Positions 41,667 to 57,714 of a DNA stretch of 64,000 nucleotides are shown here, one piece after another; within the stretch, counting starts at the first letter, position 1, and every line of letters begins with the position of its first letter. The notes beneath the pieces are model-generated. The model saw nothing but the letters and a program-made list of their open reading frames with translations, ran no database searches and had not been told where the DNA came from. Source of the DNA: the human T2T-CHM13v2.0 reference genome, Homo sapiens; assembly GCF_009914755.1 (NCBI RefSeq), contig NC_060931.1. The stretch is one strand, 5' to 3'. Position numbers and translations under genes: made by a program.

Positions 41667-42092
41667 GAGGCAGGGGCTCACGCTGACCTCTCTCCGCGTG
41701 GGAGGGGCCAGTGTGAGGCAAGGGGTCAGCGTGGGAGGGGCCCGTGTGAGGCAAGGGGTCAGCGTGGGAGGGGCCCGTGTGAGGCAAGGGGTCAGCATGG
41801 GAGGGGCTGGTGTGAGGCAAGGGGTCAGCGTGGGAGGGGCCGGTGTGAGGCAAGGGGTCAGCGTGGGAGGGGCCGGTGTGAGGCAAGGGGTCAGCGTGGG
41901 AGGGGCCGGTGTGAGGCAAGGGGTCAGCATGGGAGGGGCCGGTGTGAGGCAAGGGGTCAGCATGGGAGGGGCCGGTGTGAGGCAAGGGGCTCACGCCGAC
42001 CTCTCTCAGCGTGGGAGGGGCCGGTGTGAGGCAAGGGGCTCATGCCGACCTTCCTCAGCGTGGGAGGGGTCGGTGTGAGGCAGGGACTCACG
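41667..42092 (+). repeat. Minisatellite array 2: 11 full units (3 long, 8 consecutive 33-bp) plus a partial unit
   Basis: 33-bp unit GAGGCAAGGGGTCAGCGTGGGAGGGGCCGGTGT at 41715-41978; gives the PLPHTGPSHAD repeat in the ORF track. Confidence 0.92.
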
Positions 42093-45000
42093 CCTCTGGG
42101 CAGGGTGCCAGAGGCATGAGTTGGGCATCAACAGGCCACCGTGAGGGAGGAGCTGGGCCGCACGCGGGCTGCTGGGAGGCAGGCAGGGACTTGTCCCCGG
42201 GAGGCTGCCGTGGGGGCGAGAGCTGGGCCTGGAGAGGCCCCTGGGAGGCAAGAGCGGGACCTGCAGAGGCTGTTCTACAGCCAAAGCTGGGCCTGTACAG
42301 GCCACCGAGAGGCAGTAGGTGGGCCCGAAGAGCTTGGCTGGAGAAAGTTCGGGGCCTACAAAGGCGGCTGGGAGCTGGGCAGGAGTTGAGCCAAAAGGGC
42401 TTGCTTACTTGCTGGGAGGCAGGGCCGGGAGACGCCGACTTCAGGACGACTTGGGCCTGCAGAGGTCACCGGGAGGCCCAAGCTGGGCGTGGAGGAGCCC
42501 ACCGACCGGAGACCATTTGGGGCCTGGAGACGCCATCGGAGGGCAGGAGCTGATCCTGGAGAGGCCACCGTGAGGCCTGACCTGGGCCTGGGGAGCTTGG
42601 CTTGAGGAAGCTGTGGGCCGACCAAGGCCGCCAGGAGATGGGCAGGCGCTGAGTCCAAAGAGGTTGTTGGGAGGCAGCAGTCGGGCCTGGAGACGCAGCC
42701 GGGAGGAAGAGCTGGGCCCGGAGAGGACGCCGGGAGGCTGCAAGTGGGTCTGGAGAGGCCGACTTGAGGAGGTTCTGGGCCCGGAGAGGCCGCCGGAAGG
42801 GAAAAACTGGGCCTAGAAAGGCCGTTGTGAGGAATGAGCCCCATGGGCCTGAAGAGGCCACTGGCAGGCGGGAGCTGGGCCTGCCGAAGCGGCCGAGAGG
42901 CAGGAGCTTTGGACTCAGGAGGCTGTAGTGAGGCGAGAGCTAGCTGGGCGTGGAGAGTCCGCTGTGAGGCTGAGGCTGGGCCTGTGCAGGCCTTCGGGAG
43001 GCAGGAGGCCGGGAAGGCCGCCGGGAGGCATGAGCTGGGCTGGGCCAAAAGAGGCCACTGGGAGGCAGGAGGAGCTGGGCCTGGAGAGGCTGACTCGAGG
43101 AACTTTTGCACCCGGAGCGGCCGCCGAGAGGCCGGAGCTGGGCCTGGGGAGGCCGACTTGAGGACGACTTGGGCCTGCAGAGGGCGCCGGGAGGCTGGAG
43201 CTGGCCCTGGACAGGCCGACTTGACGACAGTCTGGGCCTGCAGAGGCCGCCGAGAGGAAGAGCTGGGCCTGGAGAGGCCGACTGGAGGAAGTCCAGAGCC
43301 TGGAGAGGATGCAAAGCAGCAAACGCTAGGCCTGGAAAGGCTGCCCTGAGGCACGGGCTTGGCCTACAGAGGCCACTGGGAGGCAGGAGCTGGGCCCGCA
43401 GAGGCTCCCGAGAGCGGGGAGCATTGCCCCAGGAGGCCACGGTGAGAAAGAGGTGGGCCTGGAGAGCCCACTGTGAGGTAGAGGCCGGGCCTGTAGAGGC
43501 CGCTGACAGGCAGGGGCTGGGCCCGTTGAGGCCACCAGAGGCATGAGCTGAGCCTCAACAGGCCAGTGTGAGGCAGGAGCTGACACTTGGGCAGGTTGCA
43601 AGAGGCATGAGTTGGGCGAAAAGAGGCCACCGTGAGGGAGGAGCTGGGCCTGTACAAGTTGCCGAAAGGCAGGAGCAGCTTTGGACTGGAGAGGCAGCAG
43701 ACAGGGAAGAGCTGGGCGTGGAGTGTCTGCTGTGAGGCAGAGGCTGGGCCTGTACATGCCCTTGGGAAGCAGGAGGCTGGGCCTGGAGAGGCCGACTTGA
43801 GGAAGTTTTGCTCCTGGAGAGGCCACTTAGAGGCAAGAGCTGGGTGTGAAGAGGCTGACTTGAGGTCGATTTTGGCCTGCAGAAGCCACCGGTAGCTAGG
43901 AGTTGGCCCTGGAGAGGCTGACTTGAGGACAGTTTTGGCCTGTAGAGGCCACTGGGAGGGAGAGCTTGGTCTGGAGAGGCCAACTGGAGTAAGTTCAGGG
44001 CTTGGAGAGGATGCACAAAAGGAAACGCTCAGCCTGGAAGTGTGCTGTGAGGCATTAGCTTGGCCTACACAGCACTTGGAGGCAGGAGCTAGGCCTGCAG
44101 AGGGTGACTTCAGGACGATTTTGGCCTGCAGAAGCCGTTGGGAGGAAGAGCTTGGCCTGGACCGGCTGACTGGAGGAAGTTTTGGGACTGGAGTATGTGT
44201 CAAAAAGCAAAAGTTAGGCTAGGAAAGGCCACTTCGCGGCATGATCTTGGCCTACAAAGGCAATTGCGAGGCAGGAGCTGGGCCTGTAGAAGCTGCCAAA
44301 AGGCAGGAGCTTGGCCTTAGGAGGCTATGCTCAGGCAAGTGGTGGGCCTGGAGGGTCTACTGTGTGGTAAGAGTCTGGGCCTGTGTAGGCCGACATGAGG
44401 CAGGAGCTGAGTTAGGAGAGGCCAACTTTTGGAGAATTTGGGCCTGCAGAGCCTGCCAGGAGGCAAGAGCTGTGCCTGGAGAGTCCGTCTTTTAGCATGA
44501 CTTGGGCCTAAAGAGACCATTGTGAGGCAGCAGCTGCCTGGGAGGCAGGCAGATTCATGGCCTGGGGAGGCCACCGTGAGGCAAATGCTCAGTTTTCGGA
44601 GGATGCCGTGAGGCAGGGAGAAACTTGGCTTTCGGTGGCCGCAGTGAGGGAATAGTTTGATTGCTGAGGCTGCTGGGAGGCCGAAGGTGGGCCTGGAAAG
44701 CTTTACTTTAAGAACTCTGTGGCCTACAGAGACTGCCAAGCAGCTCAGCAGGAGTTGGGCCAAAGGAGGTTGTTGTGAGGCAGGAGACGGGCCTGTAGAC
44801 GCACTGGGAGGATGAGCTCGTCCCGGAGATGCCGAGTTAAGGACATTCTGGGCCTGGACAGGCTGCAAAAGGCAAAAGCTGTGCCTGGAAAAGTCGCCGT
44901 GGGGCATGAGCTTGGCCTAAAGAGGCCATTGCAAGGCAGGAGCTGGGCCCGTAGAGGCTGCCGAAAGGCAGGAGCTTCGCCTGAGGATGCCACAGTGAGA

Positions 45001-46330
45001 CACCATCTGGGTCTGGAGGGTCCACTGTGAGGCAGAGGCTGGCCTGTAGAGTCCGACAGTAGACAGAAGTTGGGCAAAAGGCTGATTTGAGGAAGTTTTG
45101 GGCTTCAAGAGTCAGCCAGGAGGCAGGCACTAGGCCTGGAAATGGCCCGACAGTCATGAGTTGGGCCTAAATGGGCCACTGTGAGGGAGGAGCTGTGCCT
45201 GTTGAGGCTGCTGGCAGGCAGGCAGAAACTTGGCCTGGGGCAGCCGCCATGAGGCAAGAGCTGGGCCTGGAGAAGCCCCTGGGAGGCAAGAGCACGGCCT
45301 GCAGAGGCTGTTCTCAAGTCAAAGCTGGGCCTGTTCATGCCACCGCGAAGCGGAAGGCGGGCCTGGAGAGTTTGACTTGAGGAAGTTTTGGGCCTACATT
45401 GGCCGCTGTGAGCTGGACAGGAACTGGGCCAAAAAAGGCTGTTGTGAGGCAGCAGTTGTGCCTGTAGACTCAGCCCAGAGGAAGAGCTGGGCCTGGAGAA
45501 GCCCCCATGAGGCAGAGGTTGGGCCTGTAGATGCTGACAGGAGGCAGGAGCTGGGCCTGGAGAGGTCAACTTGAGGAGATTTTGGGCCTTCATAGGCCAC
45601 CAGGAGGCAGCAGTTGGGACTAGAGAGGCTGACTTGAGGAAGTTTTGGGCCTGGAGATGACGTCCTGGGACAGGAGCTGGGCCTGGAGAGGCCACCGTGA
45701 GGCAAGAGCTGGATGTAGACAGGCCAGTGTGAGGCAAGACCTGGGCCTGTCTAGGCTGCTGGGAGACAGGCAGGAATCTGGCCAGGGAAGGTTGCCATGA
45801 GACAAAAGTTGGGCCTGGAAAGGCCCTTGTGAGGCATGAGCTTGGCCTAAAGAGGCCACTGGGTGGCAGGAGCTGGGTGTGTAGAAGCTGCTGAAAGGTT
45901 GGGAGCTTGGCTTGGGTGGTCCACAGTGAGGCAGATGCTGGGCCTGAAGAATCTGCTGTGAGACAGATGTTGGGACTGTAGAGGCTGACAGGAGGCAGAG
46001 GCTGGGCCTGGAGAGGCTGCCAAGATGCAGGAGCTGGGCCTGGAGAGGCTGCCAAGAAGCATGAGCTGGGCCTGGTGAGGTCGACTTGAGGAAGTTCAGG
46101 GCCTGGAGAGAAGGCTGGGAGGCAGGAGCTGGGTCTAAAGAGGCCATTGTAACGGTGGAGCTGTGCCTGTGGAGGCTGTTGTGAGGCAGTAGCCTCATCT
46201 GCGGAGACTGCCGTGAGGTAGGGTATGGGCCTAAATAGGCCATTGTGAGTCATGAGCTTGGTCTGTGGAGGCTGACTGGAGAAAGTTCTGGGCCTGGAGA
46301 GGCTGCCGGGAGGTAGGAGTTGGGCCAAAA

Positions 46331-46749
46331 GATTTAAGCACATTACATTTATTAGGCACTTTATTTCCATTATTACACTGTAATATATAATAAAATAATT
46401 ATACAACTCACCATAATGTAGAATCAGTGGGCGTGTTAAGCTTGTTTTCCTGCAACTGGATGGTCCCACCTGAGCGTGATGGGAGAAAGTGACAGATCAA
46501 TAGGTATTAGATTCTCATAAGGACAGCGCAACCTAGATCCCTCACATGCACGGTTCACAACAGGGTGCGTTCTCCTATGAGAATCTAATGCTGCTGCTCA
46601 TCTGAGAAGGTGGAGCTCAGGCGGGAATGTGAGCAAAGGGGAGTGGCTGTAAATACAGACGAAGCTTCCCTCACTCCCTCACTCGACACCACTCACCTCC
46701 TGCTGTGTGGCTCCTTACGGCTCCATGGCTCAGGGTTTGGGGATCCCTG
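46331..46749 (+). mobile_element. MER1A, left end replaced by the GC-rich satellite
   Basis: Collinear with 24205-24638; right TIR ggggatccctg. Confidence 0.85.
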
Positions 46750-46849
46750 CTCAAGTGCATCCAAAACGACCCTTCCCACACCAGTCTTCACAGTGGTCAA
46801 GTGCAGCAACCACTTAGCTCCCAAGGCATGTGCCTCAGCTGGCATTTCG

Positions 46850-46918
46850 TCACAATCAACAGTAAGTGGTAGCTTGAGTCATTGTGAGGTCACTTCCTGG
46901 AAATCACCAGCATCCCAT
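46850..46918. promoter_or_regulatory. Candidate enhancer cassette, copy 1
   Basis: TGAGTCA (AP-1, 46875-81), TGAGGTCA (NR half-site/CRE-like, 46885-92), CACTTCCTG (ETS, 46891-99), TTCCTGGAA (STAT GAS, 46894-902); motif evidence only. Confidence 0.4.
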
Positions 46919-48116
46919 TTCCCACTGGCAAAGAGCTCAGCACTGCCCCCTGGGAAACCAAACCTATGCCCAAATCCCATCTGTGTGGGTTTATCTCCTG
47001 GGACCCTTCCTAACATATTAGTCAGAGTCCAATCAGGAAGCATAAACCGCTCAAAAGTTTAAAGTGGTAAAATTTAATACAGAGAATTATTCATTATAAC
47101 AGGTGAATAGCATAATGAGAGACTGGCTAGCACAAAGTAAAGAGAACTCTAGAGAATATAGGACTAGCCCAGGCCAGGCATGGTGGCTCATGCCTGAAAT
47201 TCCAGCAATTTGAGAAGCTAATGCAGGAGGATTGCTTAAGGCCAGGAGCTAGAGACCGGTCTGGGCAACACAGTGAGACCCTGTCTCTATCCAAAAAAAG
47301 AAAAAAATTAGCTGGGAGTGGTGGTGCACACTTGTAGTCCCAGCTACTCGGAATGCTGAAGTTTGAGCCTGGGAGGTCAAGGCTGCGGTGAGGCATGATT
47401 ATGCCACTACAGTCCAGCCTGGTGACAGAGCAAGACCCTGTCTCAAAGAACAAAACAACAACAACCATTTACAGACAGAAAAGAAATAGAGCTAATAAGC
47501 TAAGGGAAGATGTTGAAATGTGACAAGTAAAGTAATATGAGGTCTTTTATCTATTTAAAATAATCAAACAAAAAATGACTTACTAAATTATAATACCCTG
47601 TGCTGGCAAAGGTGCAGTGAAATGGGCACTTTCTTATACTATGAGGGGTGTTTAAATTGTGTATAAGCCTTCCAGGGTAAAGCTTGTCAATTTTTTAAAA
47701 TAATAGAGACAGGGTCTCACCATACTGCCATACTGCCTCCTCCAACTCTTGGCCTCAAGCAATCCTCCTCTCTTAGCCTCCCAAAGTGCTAAGATTATAG
47801 CTGGGAGGCACCCAAAACCTTGTCCATTTACATCAAGGGTAAGGAGAATGTCCATTCACCATGACTCACAGTAATCTTACTTCTGGGGAGACAATTCAAT
47901 CTCAACAAAAGGTCATCTGTACAAACACAGTAAAAATCTGGGGAGTAACTGAAGACAGAGTTGGTAAGTGAAATAAGAAACAGCTATAAGAAATTAAACT
48001 ATGGTATCAATAGGCACCTGGTAAAAGGTCAGTTGATGTTAGCTGCTACTTTTTTGTTGTTCTGAGACAGGGTCTCACTCTGTCACTGAGGCTGGAGTGC
48101 AGAGGCCTGATCATGA

Positions 48117-48538
<422 letters not shown>

Positions 48539-50140
48539 AATTCATGTATTTTTCTGTAGGGATGGTGACTCCCTTTGTTTCCAAGGCCTATCGCAAACTC
48601 TTGGCCTCAAGCCATCCTCCTGCCTCAGCCTCCCAAAGTGTTGCGATTACCAGTGTGAGCCACCACACCTGGCCAGCTGCTACTTTTATCAATATTATTA
48701 TTATTCCACTCAATTAAAAATTATTATTTTCAAGGCTATGCAACAGTATGTATCCTACAGCGTAATTGTAAAAACATATACAGTCGTCCCTCAGTATACA
48801 GAATTAGTTCCAGCCCCCCATCTCTGCATATACCAAAATCCATGCTTACTCACGTTTCGCTGTCACCCCTCTGGAATCCACATATAGGAAAATTCCAAAT
48901 ATTAGTTGGGCATAGTGGCAAGCACCTATAGTCTCAGCCACGTGGGAAGTTGAGATGGGAGGATCGCTTCAGCCTGGAAGGTTGAGGCTGCAGTCAGCTG
49001 TGATAGCACTACTACACTCCAGCCTTGGACAAGAGAGGGAGACCCTGTCTCAGAAAAAAAAAATAGGTTAGAAATTGTAATGAGGTCTGTTGGGCAAAAT
49101 TCCATATAAGCAAAGTATAAATTAATAAAGCAAATGGTGATAAATTAGTACGATTGACTTTCTGGAGTTTCTGACAATAAAAGTAAGGAAAATGCAAAAC
49201 ACAAAGACAGAAAGTAAAAAGAGAAATTAGGAAAGCATTCTACATGTTTAATAGGAAGACACTGGCCATGTTCGTGCAGCGGCAGTATGTCATGATATGA
49301 CATACCTTGAAGAGAAGTTAACAGATGAGGAAGTTGATAAAAATGATCAGAGAAGCAAAATACTGGCAGCGACACTCAAGTAAACCACGAAATTTCCATA
49401 ACTTATGTCAGCAAAGTGGGAATATTGTACAGTGTGTGTTGAAGTTCCTATACAACATTGTTTATCTGCCTTTTGTTTGTAAGGAATGTATATACTAAAA
49501 GTTCTTCTTGCTGTCAAAAGAGTATGTGTGAATAAGTCATTTTAACTTATTCTTCTGTTTTTCTTTTATCTTCCTGCCATCATCCCACAGCCTTACTTTA
49601 GAAATTTTTTTTTAGAAAATTGAACAAGTGCTCCTTGTGGTGGCACATACCTCTAGGATGGGAGGCAGGGGTGGAAGGGTCATTTGAGGCCATGAGTTTG
49701 ACACCAGCCTGGCCAACAAAGTAAGACCCCATGTCTACAAAACAATTTAAAAATTAGCCAAGTATCGTCATGTATACCTACAGTCCCAGCTACTCAGGAG
49801 GCTCAGGTAGGAGGATCCTTAGCCCAGGAGTTCAAGGCTGCAGTGAGCTGTGATAGCACTACTGTACTCAAGCCTGGGTGACAGGGTGAGACCCCATCTC
49901 CTAAAATAAAACACAAAGAAAAAAAATAGTTCAAGTAGCAAGTTGTATGTGGCTTACTCTGAATATTTCTAAACTAGAAATTCTCAATCTTTTGGGGTCT
50001 AACATCCCTTTATATTTTTTAACTTTATTGAAGATCTCTAGGACTATTTCTTTCTGTAAATAATTAAAACTAGAAAATAAGACAAAAAATTTTAAATATT
50101 ATTCATTACATATTAATAAAGCCGTTACATGTTGATATAA

Positions 50141-50416
<276 letters not shown>

Positions 50417-51179
50417 TGAATTCTTGACCTCAGGTGACCCACCCGCCTGGGTCTCTCTAAGTGCTGGGATTACAGGTGTGAGCCACCACGCCCACCCCGA
50501 TTAATATATGTTTTAAAACAATGATTAGTCAGGCAACAACACCGGGCAGGGGTCTCCTCATTCCCAGAGACGCAAACCCCACTGCACGGCTGAGGGGTTG
50601 CAAGGGCTGCAGAGCCAAAAGGCTCTGACTTGAGATGTCATTATTTTACTTGTATTTTTATTTGTATTGTGAGACAGGTCCTGCTCTGTCACCCAGACTG
50701 GAGTGCAGCTGTGCACTTACAGCTCACTGCAGCCTCGACCTCGGGCTCAAGCCATCTTCCTGCCTCAGCTCCCCAGTAGCTGGTAGTACAGTTGAGTGCC
50801 ACCATGCCTGGTTATTTTTTTAATTTTTTTGTAGAGTGAGGGGTCTTGCTATGTTGCCCAAGCTGGCCTCAAACTCCTGACCTCAAGAGATCTGCCCACT
50901 TCAGCCTCCTGAGTAGCTGAAACTACAAATACACATCACCATGCCTAGCTACATTTATTTCATTTTGAAAAATATTTTTGTAAAGAGCAGATCTTGCTGT
51001 GTTGTCCAGGCTGGTCTTGAACACCTGCCCTTAAAAGATACTCCCACCTCTGCTTATCAAACAGCTGGGACTACAGGCATGAGCCACTGCAATGAGCCTG
51101 AAGAGATTTCTTTAATCTAGCATCCCATACTTGGTAGGATTGGGAAAGGCAGTAGTGTTTTTTAAAATTACTTAATAAT

Positions 51180-52416
<1,237 letters not shown>

Positions 52417-52479
52417 TAAATTCCTAAAGTGCTGGGATTACCGGCATGAGCCATCATGCCTGGCTTCATGTTCATTTCT

Positions 52480-52825
52480 TCTTGCTGCTGCAACATAGTT
52501 TGCAGTTTCCTACATTTAGTGGCTTAAAACACCACAAATCTACCATCTTACAGTTCTAGGCGCCAGAAACCCAAACTAGGTCCATTAAGGCTAAAGTCAA
52601 GGTGCCAGCAGGGCTGCATTCCTTCTGGAGACTCTAAAGTGTTCCCTTGGCTTTTCTAGCTTCTAGGAGCCACCCCCATTCTTTGGATCATGGCCCCTGA
52701 CTCCATCTTCAAAGCCAGAAGTGAAGCATCTTCAAATCTCCCTCTCTTACCTCTGCTTTCATCACCACATCTCCTGCTTCAATTCTGAATCTCCTACTCT
52801 CTTTCTTTTATAAAGACCCTTGTGA
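52480..52825 (-). mobile_element. MLT1-family MaLR LTR
   Basis: tagtggcttaaaacaccacaaat...cttacagttctagg...cagcagggctgcattccttctggag. Confidence 0.75.
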
Positions 52826-53369
52826 CTGCTGAGCATGGTGGCTCCCACCCAGAAGCCCAACACTTTGGGAGGTCAAGGCAGGAGGAACACTTGAGGCCCG
52901 AAGTTTGAAACTAGCATGAACAACATAGTGAGACCCCCACCTCCAGAAAAAAATAAAAATAAATATTAGCCTGACATGGTGGTATGCGCCTGTAGTCCCA
53001 GCTACTTGAGAGGCTGAGGTGAGACAATCGATTTAGCCCAGGAGGTTGAGATCAGCCTGGACGACATAACTAAATCTCATCTCTACAAGGATGAGGTGGG
53101 AGGATCACTTGAGCCCAGGAATTTGTGGCCAGCCTGGGCAACAAAAGAAGACCCCATCTGGCCAACATGGTGCAACTCCGACTCTACAAAAATGAGCTGG
53201 GCATGGGTGACATGCATGTGTAGTCCTAGCTACTTGGGAGGTTGAGATGGGAGGATCGCTTGATCTCAGAAGGCCAAAGCTATAGTGAGCTATGATCACA
53301 TCACTGCACTCCAGCCTGGATGACACAGGGAGATTCTGTCTCAAAAAAAAGAAAAGAAATATATATTTC

Positions 53370-54740
53370 ATCTCTGTCCCTGGTTCCTGGCACAGAGCTT
53401 CTAAAGCTCTTACAAAGACCTCAGTGATAGATGTGACAGGAACATCTTTTGTTTTAATATTTTGTTGTTGAGATGACGTGGTGACTGCAAGCTCCTAGAT
53501 TTCTTCAGGAGGAGGGCTGATTGCCAATGGAAGCAACCACATGATTAGACGCTTGGAACTTTCAGCCTCATGCACTGAACTCCAGGAGGAAGAGGGGCTG
53601 GAGACTGCCTTAATCACCAACGGCCAAAGATTTTATCAATCATGCTTGCATAATAAAGCCTCCATAAACACCCTGAACAGGGTTTGCGGAGCTTCTGGGG
53701 TTGCTGAACACAGGAGATGCTGGGAGGGTGGCATGTTCAACAGAGGGCATGGGAGCTCTGTGCCCCTCCTAACTTACCTTGCCCTGGGCATCTTTCTTTT
53801 TTTTGAGATAGGGTCTGGCTCTTTAGTCCAAGCTAGAGTGGAGTGGCACAATCTCAGCTCACTGTAACCTAAGCCTCCCCAGTCCCCAGCTCAAGGTGTC
53901 CTCTCACCTCAGCATCCCTAGTAGTTGGAACTCTAGGTGCACACCACCACACCCGGTTATTATTATTTTTTTATTTTTTATAGAGACAGGTTTTCACCAT
54001 GTTGCCCAGGCTGGTCTCAAACTCCTCAGTTTCAGCGATGCTCCCACCTCGGCCTCCCAAAGTTCTGAGATTACAGGCGTGAGCCACTGCATCCAGCATG
54101 TACGTCTCTTTCATTGGCTGTTTCTGAAATGTATCTTTTGCAATGAACCAGTAATAGGAAATGAACTGGCCAGATGCAGTGGCTCACATCTGTAATCCTA
54201 GCACTTTAAGAGGCAGAAGTGGAAGGATCACTTGAGACCAGGAATTTGTGGCCAGCCTGGGCAACACAACAAGACCCCATCTATACAAAAAATAAATTAG
54301 CCAGATGTGGTGGTGCAGGCATGTAGTCTCAGCTACTAGGGAGGATGAGGTGGGAGAACCACTGGAGCCCAGGCAGTCAAGCCTGCAGTGAGCTATGACT
54401 GCACCATTGCACACCAGCCTGGGCAAAAAAATAAGACCCTCTCTCTCAGAAAAAAAGAAAATAAACTGTTTTTCTGAGTTCTGTAAACTGTTCTAGCAAA
54501 TAATTAAACCCAAGAATGGAGTTATGGGAACCCCCGATTTGTAACAGGTTGGTCAAAAGTACAGGTGACAACCTAGGACTTGCCATTGGCATCTGAAGTG
54601 AGGATGGTCTCATGGGACTGAGCCCCTAACTTGTGGGGTCTGCGCTAACTCCAGGCAGTGTCAGAATAAAATCATGGGATACCCAGTTAATATCCAGAGC
54701 ACTGGAGAATTTGGTGTAGAAACTCCATACATACATTCAG
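53370..54740. mobile_element. MER21-like LTR interrupted by Alus
   Basis: tctctgtccctggttcctggcacagagct; atcaatcatgct...aagcctccataaa; ggtcaaaagtacaggtgacaacct. Confidence 0.65.
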
Positions 54741-55951
54741 TCGGAAGTGTGTGAGCAGAGACAGACACAGGCTTTTCTTTCACCTGTCTACCTGCTTAAC
54801 TGCATAGGAGAGGCAATACGTGGTGCTCATGAACAAAGCAAGCATTAAAGTCAGACCAGACCCAACATTCGACTCAGTCTTAATATCCAGGTGAGCTTGG
54901 GCAAATCACTCATTATTGCTAAGTCTTCATCACTTCATTCGTAAAATGGGGATAACTGTGGCACCTACCTGTGATTCTGTGAGAATTAACGAAATATTAT
55001 GCTTGGTGTTACTGTGATCATTATACCTATTCCAAACTATTTGACAAGGACAGTGATGGATGACAACATCAAAAAATTAGAAACTGTAGTGATCAGGCAA
55101 AATTCCATACAAGCAAATTACTGTCTCCACAAAGCATTCCTGCCACACTTAATTCACCATTCCCTGAACAAGATGTGCCATCTTCATTGTCCAGGTCTGT
55201 GCAGTGCTGGTTTCCCTGCCTGGGCAGCTCACTCCATCCCATTCCAGCCCATTCCCCATCCCTCCACCTCCCCCTTCCCTCCCCACTCTCATACAACTCT
55301 TCCTCATTTTTCAGGACTTAGCTTCAATGTCACCTTAACTGGAAACTTCTTTCAGCCTCCAAAAGAGCTTCCCATTGCATTTGATGCATGCACTATTATT
55401 TGACCATTTTTGAGTTATAGTCCAAGTCTTTTTGTACCTGAATAACATGTTACCCAGTCAGTCTCTTTTCCTGGATTCAGAAGTCTTTCATGGTAGATCC
55501 AGCTGGAAGTGACAAATACATTCTTTTGAAATAAAGGGATGACACAAACAGACATAAGTTCTTAAACGTCTTAAATGGTATGTGAAAATTAAACAAAATT
55601 CAAAGACTTGTGGGAACACTTAGAAGGAAAGTTACTGGGAATGTCATAAAGGGTTAATTTGTATTTTATTTTTTGAGACATTATTTTTATTTGATTTTTT
55701 ATTTTCTGTCACCTAGGCTGCAGTGCAGTGGTGCAATCAGGGCTCACTGCAGCCTCGACCACCTGGGCTCAAGTAATCTCACTTAATTTTTATTTGGTTT
55801 AAGAAACAGTCTTGGTTGAGGGTGGTGGCTTATGCCTGTAATCTCGGCACTTTGGGAGGCTCAGAGAGGTATATTACTTGAGGCCAGGAGTTTGAGATCA
55901 GTCTGGGCAATATATTAAGACCTTGTCTCTACCAAAAAACAGAGTGAATGT

Positions 55952-56808
<857 letters not shown>

Positions 56809-56824
56809 TTCACCTGGTATTTCA

Positions 56825-56893
56825 TCACAATCAACAGTAAGTGGTAGCTTGAGTCATTGTGAGGTCACTTCCTGGAAATCACCAGCATCCCAT
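56825..56893. promoter_or_regulatory. Candidate enhancer cassette, copy 2
   Basis: Identical over 69 nt to 46850-46918. Confidence 0.4.
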
Positions 56894-57334
56894 ATCCCAT
56901 TAGCAAGGAGCTCAGCACTGCTCCTTGGATAACCAAACTTATTCCCAAATCCCATCTGTGTGGGTCTATCTCCTGGTACCCTTCCTACCATCAATTCTGT
57001 ATTTGTAGGAGTCCAATCAGGAGACACAAACCACTCAAAAGTTTAAACTAGAATGAGCAAGGTGGCTCACACCTGTAATCCCAGCACTTTGGGAGGCCAA
57101 GGTGGGTGAATTGCTTTGAGCTCAGGAGTTTGAGACCAGTCTGGGAAACATGGCGAAACCCCATCTCTACAAAAAACACAAAAATTAGCTCGGTGTGGCG
57201 GCACTTACCTGTAATCCCAGCTACTCAGGAGGCTAAGTCAGAAGAATTGCTTGAGCCTGGCAGGTGGAGGCTGCAGTGAGCAGAGGTTGTGCCACTGTAC
57301 TCCAGCCTAAGTGACAGCGTGAGACCTGGTATCA

Positions 57335-57714
<380 letters not shown>

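Larger units (their letters stand above)
39430..42770 (+). repeat. ~1.5-kb tandem duplication (periods 1548 and 1457 bp), each unit holding one minisatellite array
   Basis: A ~330-bp block starting ccgacttcag recurs at ~39430, ~40978 and ~42435; the 91-bp period difference equals the array length difference. Confidence 0.88.
38905..46330 (+). repeat. GC-rich degenerate ~31-bp satellite (consensus ~GAGGCAGGAGCTGGGCCTGGAGAGGCCACTGT); probably the 'teucer' element of the TELO composite
   Basis: Many diverged copies of the gagctgggcctggagaggcc core with a strong purine bias on +; higher-order duplications; name from recollection of the T2T-CHM13 repeat annotation. Confidence 0.85.

Noticed and set aside
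40119-42092. CRISPR-like appearance of palindromic repeats
   Set aside because: Units are contiguous with no unique spacers and no cas genes, in a primate genome; this is a VNTR.
45105-46469. 454-aa minus-strand ORF, plus other 150-330-aa ORFs across 38900-46300
   Set aside because: They start in MER1A or lie wholly in a stop-poor GC-rich satellite, are open in several frames on both strands, and give low-complexity P/S/A/L/Q sequence with no domain.
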